Assembly (NCBI GenBank): GCA_001949185.1
Contig: BDGG01000007.1
Coordinates: forward strand, 1,694,730 to 1,758,729
Source: Ramazzottius varieornatus
Lineage: Eukaryota; Animalia; Tardigrada
Reading direction: 5' to 3'
Length of the DNA stretch: 64,000 bases
Shown here: positions 37,101-49,100 of the stretch, one piece after another
How the letters are laid out: the number at the start of each line of letters is the position of its first letter
Position numbering within the stretch: position 1 is the first letter of the stretch
Notes under the pieces: model-generated
Told to the model about the DNA's origin: nothing
Databases searched by the model: none
Seen by the model: only the letters and a program-made list of their open reading frames with translations
Program-made: the position numbers and the translations under genes

Positions 37101-39222
37101 CACTCTTGGTCAGGAGACATCCAGCTATGAGCACTTCCGGTCCCATGCACCTCGTCAGGTCAAAGTAGAACAAGTACGGTCTGGTCCTGAAAGACAACTG
37201 CAATGTCATCGTCCCCGATAAGGTCAGCTCTGATCGATGCTGCCCATCAACCTCTGGGCTGAACTTACTCAGAGGCCTTGTATCCACAGATTTGACCTTG
37301 GGTGTCGGTAGGATAGATAATTCTTTCCAGAACTCCATTTGTGAAGGCTATATAGATTGAAAGGAAAATAGGTTCATAAATTTTGTCGATGCATTCCCCC
37401 ATGGACGCCGCTTGCCATACGAAGTTCGTGCCGTGATCGTAGGAGAGGTGCACCCCCACCCCAAAAACAGCTGATCCCTAAAACAGATCTCGGACCCCCA
37501 AGCAGAAAAGCACTGGTGAACCCTCAACTTTCAGCGCCACTTATCAAGGGTGCACCTCCTACTGTCGCATCATGGCACGAACTTTTTGACTGCCGGCATC
37601 CATGCATTCCCCCTTACTAAGGCCGGGTTCATTTAGTGGTAGGCTACTAGATCGTTGTGAAAATGATGATAAACCTGCGTTCACAAAGGCGATTATTTCC
37701 AACCCAGACGTGGGTAGCCCATAACAACCCAGTTCTCAAAGTCGAAAAGCTATGAGATGAGTCATTTCAACCACGTTTCAACTAACCTCGTTGCATACTA
37801 CGTCGACTTTGTGAACACATAGGGGTAGGCAACCAGCGTAGCCAACCAACTCCATTATAAAGCGCCCACCACAGCTACTAGCCAAAAAAGGCTAGTGGCT
37901 TCCTACCCAGCACTTGAGAATATTCCTCGTCGTTTCTCCTGTGATCTCTTCTGACTTAAGGATGGAGATTTCTAATGATCAGTTTGATCCAGTGAGGATT
38001 TCTTGTTGGCTCTGATATCATCTCTTCCTCCGCCCGAGCCCGATACTCTCAGTGAGCTGTCCAATAGCCGAACTTCCGCCGCAGCAGAACTAGCCTTATG
38101 ATCCTCAAGAACTGCGCTATTGCAGGAGTGAAAGGATTTCTCTCAACGGATTCCACATCTTCTTGATCTATCGCAGCGCGCCCACGTTTTCCAGACAAGA
38201 TAAGAGAAATACCGAGACGAAAAGCGAAAGAGACGTTTACGTTTCTGGAGACGGATGAGAGAATAAAATTTGCAGATGCAAAGCAAAGTCGGAAATTAAC
38301 TAGCGCGGTTGCGATTGCTGGGGTGATCGCATCTGCCACCGTACTTTGTGAACGCTGGTTCGTCAAATTATTGTGGCTTACCGTGTGATTGACTGAAATC
38401 TCGTCTACCAAACCAACTAGCTTTCTTTAAGCGTTCACAAAGTCTACGAAGTTCTGCGTAACGACCTCGTCACTCATAACGACGCTGTCGACTAAATGTA
38501 CCCGGCCTTAGTGTGAACCAACTGGATAATGAAGGTAGAGAAAGAGAAAAGGTTAACGCCTCACCGAAATAACACATGTAGGCCCAACCGGCGATGAAAA
38601 GGAGGAAGATAATCAAGCAATATACATCCGTGCATTTTCTGCAAGAACACTGCTGTTGGATACTTGACCAACCGTTCGGGTTGGATATGCTGTAAAGGTA
38701 TACTATTACGTAGTGTATATTCTCACCTTTGCTTTATGGGCCCATGGAATTTGGCCTCGTGTTTCTTTGGCTTTCCTGCAAACAGGTCAGCTTACACGAG
38801 GAGGATCCAGTTGATGTGAAGTAATGTAGGAATATGACAAGCGTTGGCTTACGAGTACCGAACACAGTGGGTCCTTCTTGAGGTTTCTCCGCTTGGTCCA
38901 TCTCCAGGACGGACAGGGGTTTGGGCGAGACCTTGTTGCTCTTGAGCGCCTTGCCTCCCTTCTCCGCAGTGGCGCCAGCGGCCTTGACCATTCGAATGCC
39001 ATTTTGTCGAGTAGCGCCTGTATGAGGTGAAGGTCCAGGTGAAAGGAAAGTCTGTGGGCGGGGAGGCGAGCGCGAGCGACTGCTCTGTGAGACAACAGGC
39101 TTAGGCAGGTTTCTCGAGAGCGACCTGGTACGACTACTGGAAGGTGAAGCTCTGGCAGCTTGTAGTCGACTGGCACTTCTTGCGGCTGGTGGAACATTCT
39201 TACCACCTCGGCCTTTAGTCAT
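34129..39222 (-). CDS. Choline transporter-like protein (SLC44A/CTL family), paralog 2
   Basis: FHGPIKQR|[116 protein letters not shown] at 39220-39222 precedes a basic Ser/Arg/Pro-rich N-terminus. Confidence 0.9.
37400..37604. mobile_element. Non-autonomous hAT-type MITE (205 bp) in a CTL paralog 2 intron
   Basis: Imperfect TIRs CATGGACGCCG...AAGTTCGTGCCGTGAT...GGTGCACCC / GGGTGCACC...ATCATGGCACGAACTT...CGGCATCCATG. Exact 8-bp flanking direct repeat CATTCCCC at 37392-37399 and 37605-37612. Confidence 0.82.
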
Positions 39223-40118
39223 GAGCAACTAGCAGATAAGTCGCAACAGTGATGCACAGTCTATTGTATCTCAAATAGGTTGCAACGTCCAAAGGAAATG
39301 TTTTAAGCTGGAGATGGCACAGTACGTCTGTCAGGCAGGACACCGTAAGATTGATCGACCGAGTGATGCTGGAGCTTACGTAATTGATTGAAATCTTCAT
39401 TAGTGTCGAACGGACGTGATTGCGGGTACTTGTTGAAGTGATGGCTCGTCATGGTAACGTTTGCATTGTTGCCTTGACGGACTCTGCCGCGACGACTTAA
39501 GCACGTCAAACTCTAATTCTGCCCGAAGAAAATTCCGGCTGGTTTCCGCTGCGTTACTCATAGCGTCATTTGGCTGTGCGGACCGGCGTCCGTTGTCGGA
39601 CCAAACGTCAGAAAGCAGGATTTTCATGATCTACAGATCGGTTGCAACTGCCACTTGCTGCTGAAACCAACACCAGACAAGCAAGCGTCAAATTTGTAAC
39701 ATTGATGCGATCGTTGGCGACAACTTGCGGCAGATGGATAGTTTTAGAGACGGAAGTAAGCTTGACGGCGCCACCGTTGCAAGTGATGTCATGCGGTATA
39801 ATGAATTCTTTCGGATTAAGCAGATGAATTCGAAGCTTGATTTATAAATTCACATTGAGTATTGCTTCCGGACTAAATGTCATAAAAATACATAACCGAG
39901 ATGCCTGAACGGTAAATTCCCATTCTAATACAATCTAATCAGCGCCATTTACTCTCGCGCAAACTTTCGTCCGTTACAATGGGGTGACATCCGTGTTTCT
40001 TGCAATCGTTAAGCTGTTGCGAAAACTTGCACGTAATTCGCGGTTCGTTCCTTGTTGAGTAACCTCGAGCTTCAGTGTTCCATGCCGCAAGTGGTGAAAC
40101 GGAAGCCTAAAAGTCAAG

Positions 40119-40157
40119 TATAAAACAAGAGACAATCGGAGCTGAGAAGTATCAGTT
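40119..40157 (+). promoter_or_regulatory. Putative TATA box + initiator for the Gly-rich protein gene
   Basis: TATAAAA at 40119-40125 and TCAGTT (arthropod-type Inr) at 40152-40157, ~65 nt upstream of the ATG. The spacing is slightly longer than canonical. Confidence 0.5.
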
Positions 40158-40220
40158 TTTGTGTGTCTTCCTCTCAGTTCAGACTGATCCTACTTATTGC
40201 CGCCTGTCATATACTGTAAA

Positions 40221-40580
40221 ATGGCTTCTCAGGTTTTGATGGCACTTTGTGCGGTATCGGCGCTGGTCGCTGTGGTCTCAAGTGGTGGTTACGGTGGCGG
40301 CAACGGTGGCGGCTACGGTGGCGGCTACGGTGGCGGCTACGGTGGGAATGGTGGAGGATTCTACGCAGGAGGAGGAGGTATTGGCGGCCTGGGTTTCGGA
40401 GGGGTGGGTGGAATCTCGGGCTTCTTGGGCCTTGGAGACCCATTCTTCCCCGGCTTCGGCGACCCCTTCGTTGGCCTCTTCAATGGCGCCGGCTTGAACG
40501 GATTTGGCGGCTTCGGTGGTGCCTTTGGAGGACATGGTGGATATGGTAATGGATGGGGCTGGGGATACAATAAGAAATAG
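40221..40580 (+). CDS. Small secreted glycine-rich protein (cuticle/eggshell structural or Gly-rich antimicrobial-like), 119 aa
   Basis: Signal peptide MASQVLMALCAVSALVAVVSS followed by GGY/GGF repeats, GDPF x2 and C-terminal GWGWGYNKK. Single exon. Confidence 0.82.
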   Translation: MASQVLMALCAVSALVAVVSSGGYGGGNGGGYGGGYGGGYGGNGGGFYAGGGGIGGLGFGGVGGISGFLGLGDPFFPGFGDPFVGLFNGAGLNGFGGFGGAFGGHGGYGNGWGWGYNKK

Positions 40581-43151
40581 ACAGCCGGAGAGCTGGATCG
40601 TCTTTTTGTACAAACCTATCCTTTTTAGCTTTTTCTGTGCGCTGTAATTTTATGTTGGAGAGTTTGATTTGCTTTACGGCACTGCGAATTCACTAAAGGT
40701 GTTCTTGTCCAAGTGCACACTGTCATGTCTGTGGTCTGAACACTTCCGGTCAAAAGCAATTAACGTACGAAACGTAACAGATTGTCCAAACGGAGATTAG
40801 TTTCAGGAAGAATATAGTATATGGTCAGGGCGAGCAGATGTTTCCTTAAATAACTCTTTGGTAGGGCAAATAGGTACTTCACCCCCTTATCTGCGGGCCT
40901 TTTTGTCTGTAACAAAACACGCAACGAGTGGTCAACAATGTACTCCAACTTGCCTCTCTTCTCAATGACCACATTCACACTCTTCCACGGTAATGAAAGC
41001 TCGCTTCCTTTCGATAGCCTGCTTTCGTAATCGCCTCTTTAAGCCCCCTCATTTGTATTTAATCCTCCCCAACTTGAATGAGGGCCCAAAGACAATGGGC
41101 CGCCGCTTATGACATTGTCATTTTCTTTGCTGGACATAATCCATCAGTTATTCACGCCTTGCTGACCATCTTCCAGACCTCCGAACACCGTTTGCCAAGA
41201 ATCAAGCTCTTTCTTTGTTGGACTGAACTGCGTTTGCGCCTCCGAAGTGTTGCTTTCTTCCCACTCCAATGATTGGAAAAGGACTAAAGTTGAAATACTA
41301 ATTTAAAGCATAACCTCAGGTGTCACCATCAACCTGCGCACTTTCTCCTGTTTCATTTCCTTTTAATTTCCTGGTAATTTTTAGATTTGCCTTCTTCTCC
41401 CGATGTGATTTGTGCCTCGTAGAGCCTTGTCACATCTCCAGCTGAGCGATGGTGATGCGCACAGATGGAGCTGCATGAAGCGTGACGGCGGTTAGCGCTG
41501 GGCCTTTGTCTTGCAACTATAGCAGTGACCGATAATAAAGCTAACTTTATTTGTTCCCCCACCGCAGTGTAATTCTGGTTGATCTTCCGGACCACGAGCA
41601 ATCTTCCCCTCGTCACAACACTACACTTACATGGACTTCTGCGATGTTAGATGGTGAGAGTAGACGAACTGGACTATCCCACCTTCTGATTCACAACGGA
41701 TTCCTATCGGACTTTGGAGTGGTGACTTCTTGCTGCCCGAGAACCAGGTACGTTCAATCGCGTGCAGCTTCCCAGCAGAAAACGCCTTACAGCAGAACTT
41801 CGGGCAAGTCGTGGCAGTCTTACCACGTGCAGGTCGTTCGAGGCCGTGAGCGTCTGTGTCAATCGCGGACTTCCGATGGTTCCTCATGTTTACCGGTAAA
41901 CTGACAGATGATAGCAAGCTGTCAATATTGTTTCACGCAACCGCAGAGGCTTACCTTGATTCGGTCATTTATCAAAGTTTGGACATTGGGCCGGTCTGGG
42001 GGAAGCGCCAAATGTAGTGACAGACCAGACAGAAGTTCGCGCGATCATGGTTGAGCATTTTTGCGTACTGACGGTGGCAGAAAAATGAACGGCCTTGTAC
42101 ATAAACGAGGCTGTGAAAAGTGAAAGGAAGCAATGGAATTTGATGAAATATGTGATCGTAATGCTAAGAGGTGGCCTTTGACGGCCACCCGTTGCTTCGG
42201 CTTGAACGCTATCAACCATGTTTTTCCTTCTGTTTTAGAGCACTTGAGCGGGTGAGCGTCAAGTCGTGAAGGAGGCTTTGTGGCCAGAAGTCTTGAGAGC
42301 TCTTTTTACGGCGGAAGATATTGGTCGGAGGTCAGCGTTAACTGTTGCGTCCACCTCACGGAACACGCTTTATGGGGAGTTACAAAACGGGTAATCTCAA
42401 GCCATCTCCACATCGGAATATTGTTTCTGTGACGCTGAGTAGCTCTAAAAGTATCCTTATCTTGATTGCAGTGATACATCAAGGGGAACTTATCGACGGC
42501 AGCTGCTGTTATAGTGGACAATGTCTATTGGAGCTCGGAGGCATAAAACTTTTGCATCCCCAACTGTGGTAACGGCATAGTATCAAAAACCCAACTTGAT
42601 TTTCAGTGAACGTTCGGTCTAAGCATGTGAAGAAAATGCGATTGGAAAACGATCGAGGGAGCGTCAGCCTGGACGAATTAAGTCGATCGAGCTGCATGGC
42701 CCGTAAATTCTGGCGGTCTAGTGAAGTGAGGAGAGAAATGCAATGAAGAAAATATTATCGGGTGGACCGGTCGGCTGTTCATTCAGCGGCACCTTGACGT
42801 GCCAAGAGCAAAACTACCATTACATTCCTTTCGCAGTATTTTTTCATTGCTCAATTGAGCGCCTGTTAGTAACACTTTCGATAACTACCAGCATGAAAAA
42901 ATTTGCCATCAATAGAGGAAAAAACTTTGCGGTAGCTCTTTGACATACAACTTCAAGCGTGACATTTTCATCTGTTTCCCAGCCATTATTTTTGCTCATG
43001 CATGGCCAAATGTTGCATACAACTGGACTGCAGGTCAAAATTCTTTCTATCTTTATTACAAAAGTACTGGGATTTCCACTATCTGCTCTGAAAGTTTGCT
43101 GTTTTTGCAGAATTTGTGCTGACTTGTTCCGTTTGCTGCATTGTGTGAAGA

Positions 43152-46100
43152 ATGAGTCAGTACGCTTACAGCGCTTATTACAAGGCGGAAGCTGTTCATT
43201 GTGGCGGGAGCAGTCACAACAAGAGCCATGTGCTTCCACCACCACCACCACCACCACCGAACCTTGCCACAGCGACGTCACCTTGTCATTACTCTACACG
43301 CCGGAATACAGTCCAGCCTCAACCTGCCACGCTCCCACCTTCTCCACCTTCGCACCAACTTTTTTCACGACATGTCCGGTAAGTCACCCATACTATCATT
43401 CACAACGTCTGCCCACTTCAAACTTTTGAGACAAAGGTGAAGACAGGGTTTCCCATGTGAAAGTCAATCACTAATGATAGGGTAAAATGACTGGTCAGAC
43501 CTGCAATGAACACGTCAGGGCGTTTCCGGGACATTCTTCTGAGCAGGGCGATCGTGCCTTTCATTATATCCGTAGACTTGACTGTGAACTTGTCTTCGCG
43601 GAAACTCACAAGTTCAGTAGACCGTTTCCTGTCTTCTTTTTCTCTTTCGAAAACTTAGTCTTCATCTTGCTGTCAAAAGACGAGCGACCGTTGATCGGTA
43701 GAACGGTAGCTGCGACAAAATGATTTACGACGATGATGCTTGATGATATGGCCGGCCTAAAAATCAGCGAGGGCCAACCGGTGAGATATTGTTTTTGATA
43801 GCGGTACAAACGGCGTTCGCTGGCGAAAGCATTACTAGCAATCGAAGTGAAGGATCAAAAAGATGTGAGTAGATATTAATATGGATGGACCGTAATGATA
43901 CGTGTACGGTGTAGAGCGGCTTGTCTGGTCAGACTATTAAGATGTCAAAAACAAAATAATGACATGAAGCGATCCCTCTTCGCTCTGAAATTTTTCGCGT
44001 TCATGGACAACATGGCTTTTAGATCAACGACACGTTTTTCCATCAAGCACATCAAAATTGCCTGTTGTTTGGGCAGAAAGTCGTGATCTCAAATTGATTG
44101 CGGCATTGTGAGCGTTAAATACAAGGTCGCAGATCAGACTGGGAATATCCGGTGGAAGCTAGAGCGACTTTCAGACTTTTTCTTTTCTGAAGGAACTTTG
44201 TAATGCTTGAAATTACAGAGAGTGGTGCCGGTCTAGCGCTCTTTCTTTTGTACAGAGGTGGCTTTTTCCGCCCACGGTTTTGTCACACGATGACAACAGT
44301 CGTCTTCTCAATCGCCGACATCGCGCAGTATAAAACGCTGGAACTGTCGGGATATTACTGAAAATTCAATGTTGCATCTGTAAATCAATTTGAGAGACGA
44401 AGATTGCAGGCGGGAACATTTGGGAAGGCCGTGAAAGTCATGAAAGCGCAAGGGAGGGAGGGCGGATGAGTGATTATGCAAGGGTAGAGTTTATGGAAAG
44501 GGGGCGGTGATGCGTAGCGTGTATCCATGTTGACAACCGCAGCTATTCATATCGGCGAAGCAATGTGATGTAGGAATAAATTAGACAGTATTAAAAATGA
44601 TGATTGAATTTGTGTGGCCCAATATTGACTTAAGCATGAGAAACAATCCAGATGAGCTGGACACTTTCGGGCCAGCTTATCCCTCTCCTCTTCCGGTAAG
44701 CGTCCTCTTGCCGACTGACCCACTCGCAGCTTCTAATAACCCACTGTCAATTCGCCAAATCTCTCTCTTCTAACCCTCAGATTCTTTACCTGAGTTTAGC
44801 AACGAGTTTCCTGCATCTTTTCCAGTGGAAGCTGAGCAAAGGAAGATCAGGAAATTTCTTGAAGGTTGGTCCTGTAATATTGCACGCGTAGCTTCAGTTT
44901 CTTCCTGGTGAGCTGGAATGGTTCCAGTCGTCAGATAGCGTAGGTTAGAATGAAGTTTCTTGAGAGGGTTGTCCGAGTGTCATTTTTGGCTGATGAACAA
45001 AGTCAAGTGCATCTTGAAGCTCTGTGCCCCGCTCTCTTGGCGCAGTCCGCTCACGTAATCGCTTGCTTGCACAGCCACGCTTTATTACAATTCAATCGTC
45101 ACTTGAAAAAACCTCTTGTGACGCACAGCGGGATGGCGGAAAAAATCATACAGATGTCAAGCCGCGGCAAAAAAAGTGACACGATAAAAAAAGGCAGCAG
45201 CGGGTTACCAATTATCGACACATATGGCAATAACAATCTGCCGTAAGAGCCGCGGCAATAGGCTCGTGTGTTGACTTTAGCATTTCTTCAAGCGAAAAGC
45301 ACTCGTGCAGTGTGGACGCGCCAAGAACTTGCGGCAAATTCGAGAACCTTTGTTAAGCTAGTCGGCGACCTCGACCGAGCAACCGTGCCTTCTGTGGCTT
45401 ACTTCGGATACATGCCTTCGGAATAGTCAAGGAGGGTCGCGGATAGACAAAAGTCTCTCAAAGGGCGTGGGGGATGGTGGGACTTGCGGGTAGCGTAATT
45501 GCTTGATTACACACTTGAGACCATGTTGTGATGATGGGCGATTGGTGAAATGTGGGGACTTGTCCATAAGGAGAAATTCAATATATGAAAAATACGCTAT
45601 CCAGCGTCCACATCTCTAAGGACATGGGACGTATATTTGTCCTCTAAAGTCTGAGGACGATTACAAGTTGCTGTTGTTGCTGAAGTCGATGATTGCTCGA
45701 TAGTGTCTTGTCCATCGAGCTGTCTTGCATCTTGATGGCTTGTTATGCTGGACAGGCCGATAATCATCCCCAGTTTGTAGAAGCGGAAGGGAAGACATCT
45801 TGGGTGATTGATAGTCAGGAAGCGTTCTTGCGTTACAACAGACGGCCAAGCAACGGAGGAAGATGACCACTACTGTAGCCACAGTGCGGTATATAAGCTT
45901 AGACGCAAGACGTAATGGTCTTTTCACAACAAGAATTGTCCGTAATTTGTCTTTGATTCCCCTTCTGTCCACTGCCCTCTTCAGAGACTGGTCTTGGAGG
46001 GATGCAGTCAAGTGCAGCGAGCACAAACTGGACACAAGGAGCTCACTCAAGTGATGAAGCACAAGCCCCAATCTGATTTTAAGACTTTGCCAAAACACCA

Positions 46101-49100
46101 TCCATCACTGCATGACCACTTCCCCTTTCTCCCCATCCTTTAAACACAAGGTTGTTTCAAACAGTCGGAAATATTTTCCAGAAAGTTAGACCTTTTTCCA
46201 CGGACACGCCCTTTCGTTGTTCCACCCAAAGATGGATGAGTTGGCTGTTATTCAGGAGGATACCTGTTGAAAGAATAGACCATGAGTACGTGTCTTTTCC
46301 ACTACATTGGATCGAAATGCCTCTTTTCCAATCTGCAAGCACTAATGCGATACTCAGACATGCATACAAGGCATAGTTTAGAATAGGTAGAAATTTAGAA
46401 GTCTAGTGATGCTTATCCTGTTTCTATCTTGTCCTTTTATCTGCCTTGTAATTTGTTTTCCGCTTGCGTTAATGTGAAAAGGTGTCCTTCTTCCTTTCTT
46501 CACTTGAAATTCACATTACACATGTCTTGGAGTGTGCAAAAGTGTGGTTTAGAGGTTGCACGTGGGCAGCAGCGTCTCCTCCTTGACTTTACAATTAGCT
46601 TTCGTCTTTCAAATGCTCGTTAGCATTTCAGACATTACACCTGACCTTATCTTACCGTACGTAGACGACGCCGTATTGGCTCCTGTCTTGCTTTTCGAAA
46701 CAGCTGTCGTTGGTTGGGAGCGCGACTCGAATGTGCATGCTCTGACTTCCGGGTCTAGAATGAGGTTTTAATTTTGTTGTTTTGGAGAGAATCATGTTTG
46801 TAGGGATGAGACTTGTTAAGTTAATTAGATTATAGAGCGTTGGATGGGATGTAAACAGCGAAGGAGACAGCTAAGCCGGAACATATAGCTAGGACTATTG
46901 TGTGAATAAATTTGTTTGTGGTCACGTTGATGGTCAAACAAGGTCCCGGTTGTTTAGTTTAGCCAGCCAGCCTGTATGGCTGCATGGACAAATGTAAAGC
47001 TGGGCAATGGATTGAAGCAAGTCAAGTTGCTCATTTGAAAAGGCAGCAAGGATTGATTATATTATGAAGTCTGTGTATTCAGGAGAATTCGAAGGCGATG
47101 GTCAGGCGACAGCTGACCAGCGTTGACCAGTTTTATCAGTGTGCGCATATGTTGCCATATTGATTTACGGCCACACGTTTGCTCGACAGGACAGGCTGGA
47201 CGTGGTCCGCAGAGCACCGTGAAGACTGGCATTAGCCCACAATTACGCCATTGATAACCATGCAATATGCGGCCACGGTCCGAAGCCGAACGCTGAACGC
47301 CAATTGGATGGACAACAACACGAGCGTGTCCAAAAATTGATTTAAAAGCATATCGTTATGGAACGCAGAAATGACCACTGCTCGCTCGCATAATCCCCCG
47401 TAATAGATATCTATCAAGCGATTTCTTTCAGTGCGAACGCCGCTTTGGACAAGTGGCGGCCTCCAGAGACCCACCCACGACCTTGTGTCTTTTCATCAAG
47501 ATAATCCTCGGCATTGCATATCGCCTTGCAAATCATATTATATATATGCTCAAAAAAGGTCCCTACGACACAATCGACTCACATAGAATATTCTGATATC
47601 GTTTCTGCTGATTAAAATAATACAAGTTAGTTTTGGAGTGTAGAGGAAGGAAGGAAAAGGGCGTGACCTAGCCCAGCCGGTTTATATGTGGCTCGTTAGC
47701 GCGCAGTGGGAGGGCGGAGTCTCTTGCTTCAAGTGTCCAGCAGCAAGCAACGTCCGGCTTGCATGTTCGCTCTACACAAAGCTGCACTAGCCGCGATCGA
47801 CGTCTTATCAAACATGTCAGAAGGAAGCTCGGCTTCTTCTTGGCCGTGTTCGATATCTTTCCCTTTGGCCGATCGCCGCGTCGCAGCTTGCTGTGCATAG
47901 TCGTCATATCGATAGCAACATTTTTCTTTTTGGCCCCAACTTGACTGTAATCTGTTGGATATAAAGTGTCTAGTGATGGAGATCGGATATGCATTGTGAC
48001 GGAGACGAAAGCGCCGGTATCTCGTCCATCTTGCTTTCTTCATCTCCCGTGATTTGACTTTTCCCCCTGCGTGACCAGCCTTCGGACATATTTGTCGCTT
48101 TCGCTTTCTCCCAGGAATTTCTGCCTCGACTTTTGGGTAAGACTTTGCATGCCACTACATTGCGTAGATCACCGCAAACATGGAGGTACTCCGTGCTTCT
48201 TGAAATAGCCATGTAGCGCATAATGATGATGATGTAGCTCGCTGCAGGTATATTTAGACACTGAACATCCGTTATCAATCTATGAGCTTCGACGTTTGGT
48301 CTCACGCAAATCTAGAAGTGTTCAGCATGACGTGTGTGATGTAAGGTGGGGCATCAGGAAGGTCCACACAGTAATTAACCTTCTTTGTGGGCAAGTTCGC
48401 AATAAGCTGGATGGGTCGCTGATTGGAGGACACAGGAGAAGGTTGAGGATAATTATGAATTGATGGGTATCGTGGGTGGTTGAAGGTTGAAGCTGGTGGC
48501 ATTGTTCACATGCTTTGAGATGTGCTTTGCCATTGAAGTAGCGGCCTAACAACAACGGGCAAAGTCGAGTGGGGCTTTATGAAATTTGAGTGGAGCATAG
48601 CGCGATATGCAGCTTGCGCGGTTCCGCTCGGGATGAGTCTCCACCGACACGGTGCGATTGTCCGAGCTATTCATGATTGCAGCTGGGTGGCCTTTCCCGC
48701 ATCCATCTCTGCTGTATACAAATGTATACAAGCTCTGCCGTTAATTAACAGGCAATTTTCCATAGTGTAAAGTCCAATCAATACCTATGGGAGATTGTTT
48801 CAAGTGGTCGTTTGTATACCAGTCTAATAGCTACTTTGCCCTCACCTTGAGCTCCAGTGTCCGCTGGACAATTACCATGTCTGTAGACTGTCGATGGACG
48901 TATATGGGATGATGGAAGAGGGCTTGTACGATAATTCCACTGAAAAGAGGCGCAGGCTGGCCCTATTACCAGCTATTATCCCGTAAAGAGGCACTTATTT
49001 ACCTGGTCGATAGTCATCCTTTTTGTCCAACCTACTGTAGTCAATCAAGTCAAGCGTGCTTCCTGGTTCCCTTCCTGCCATAATTTACAGACCTGAGACC

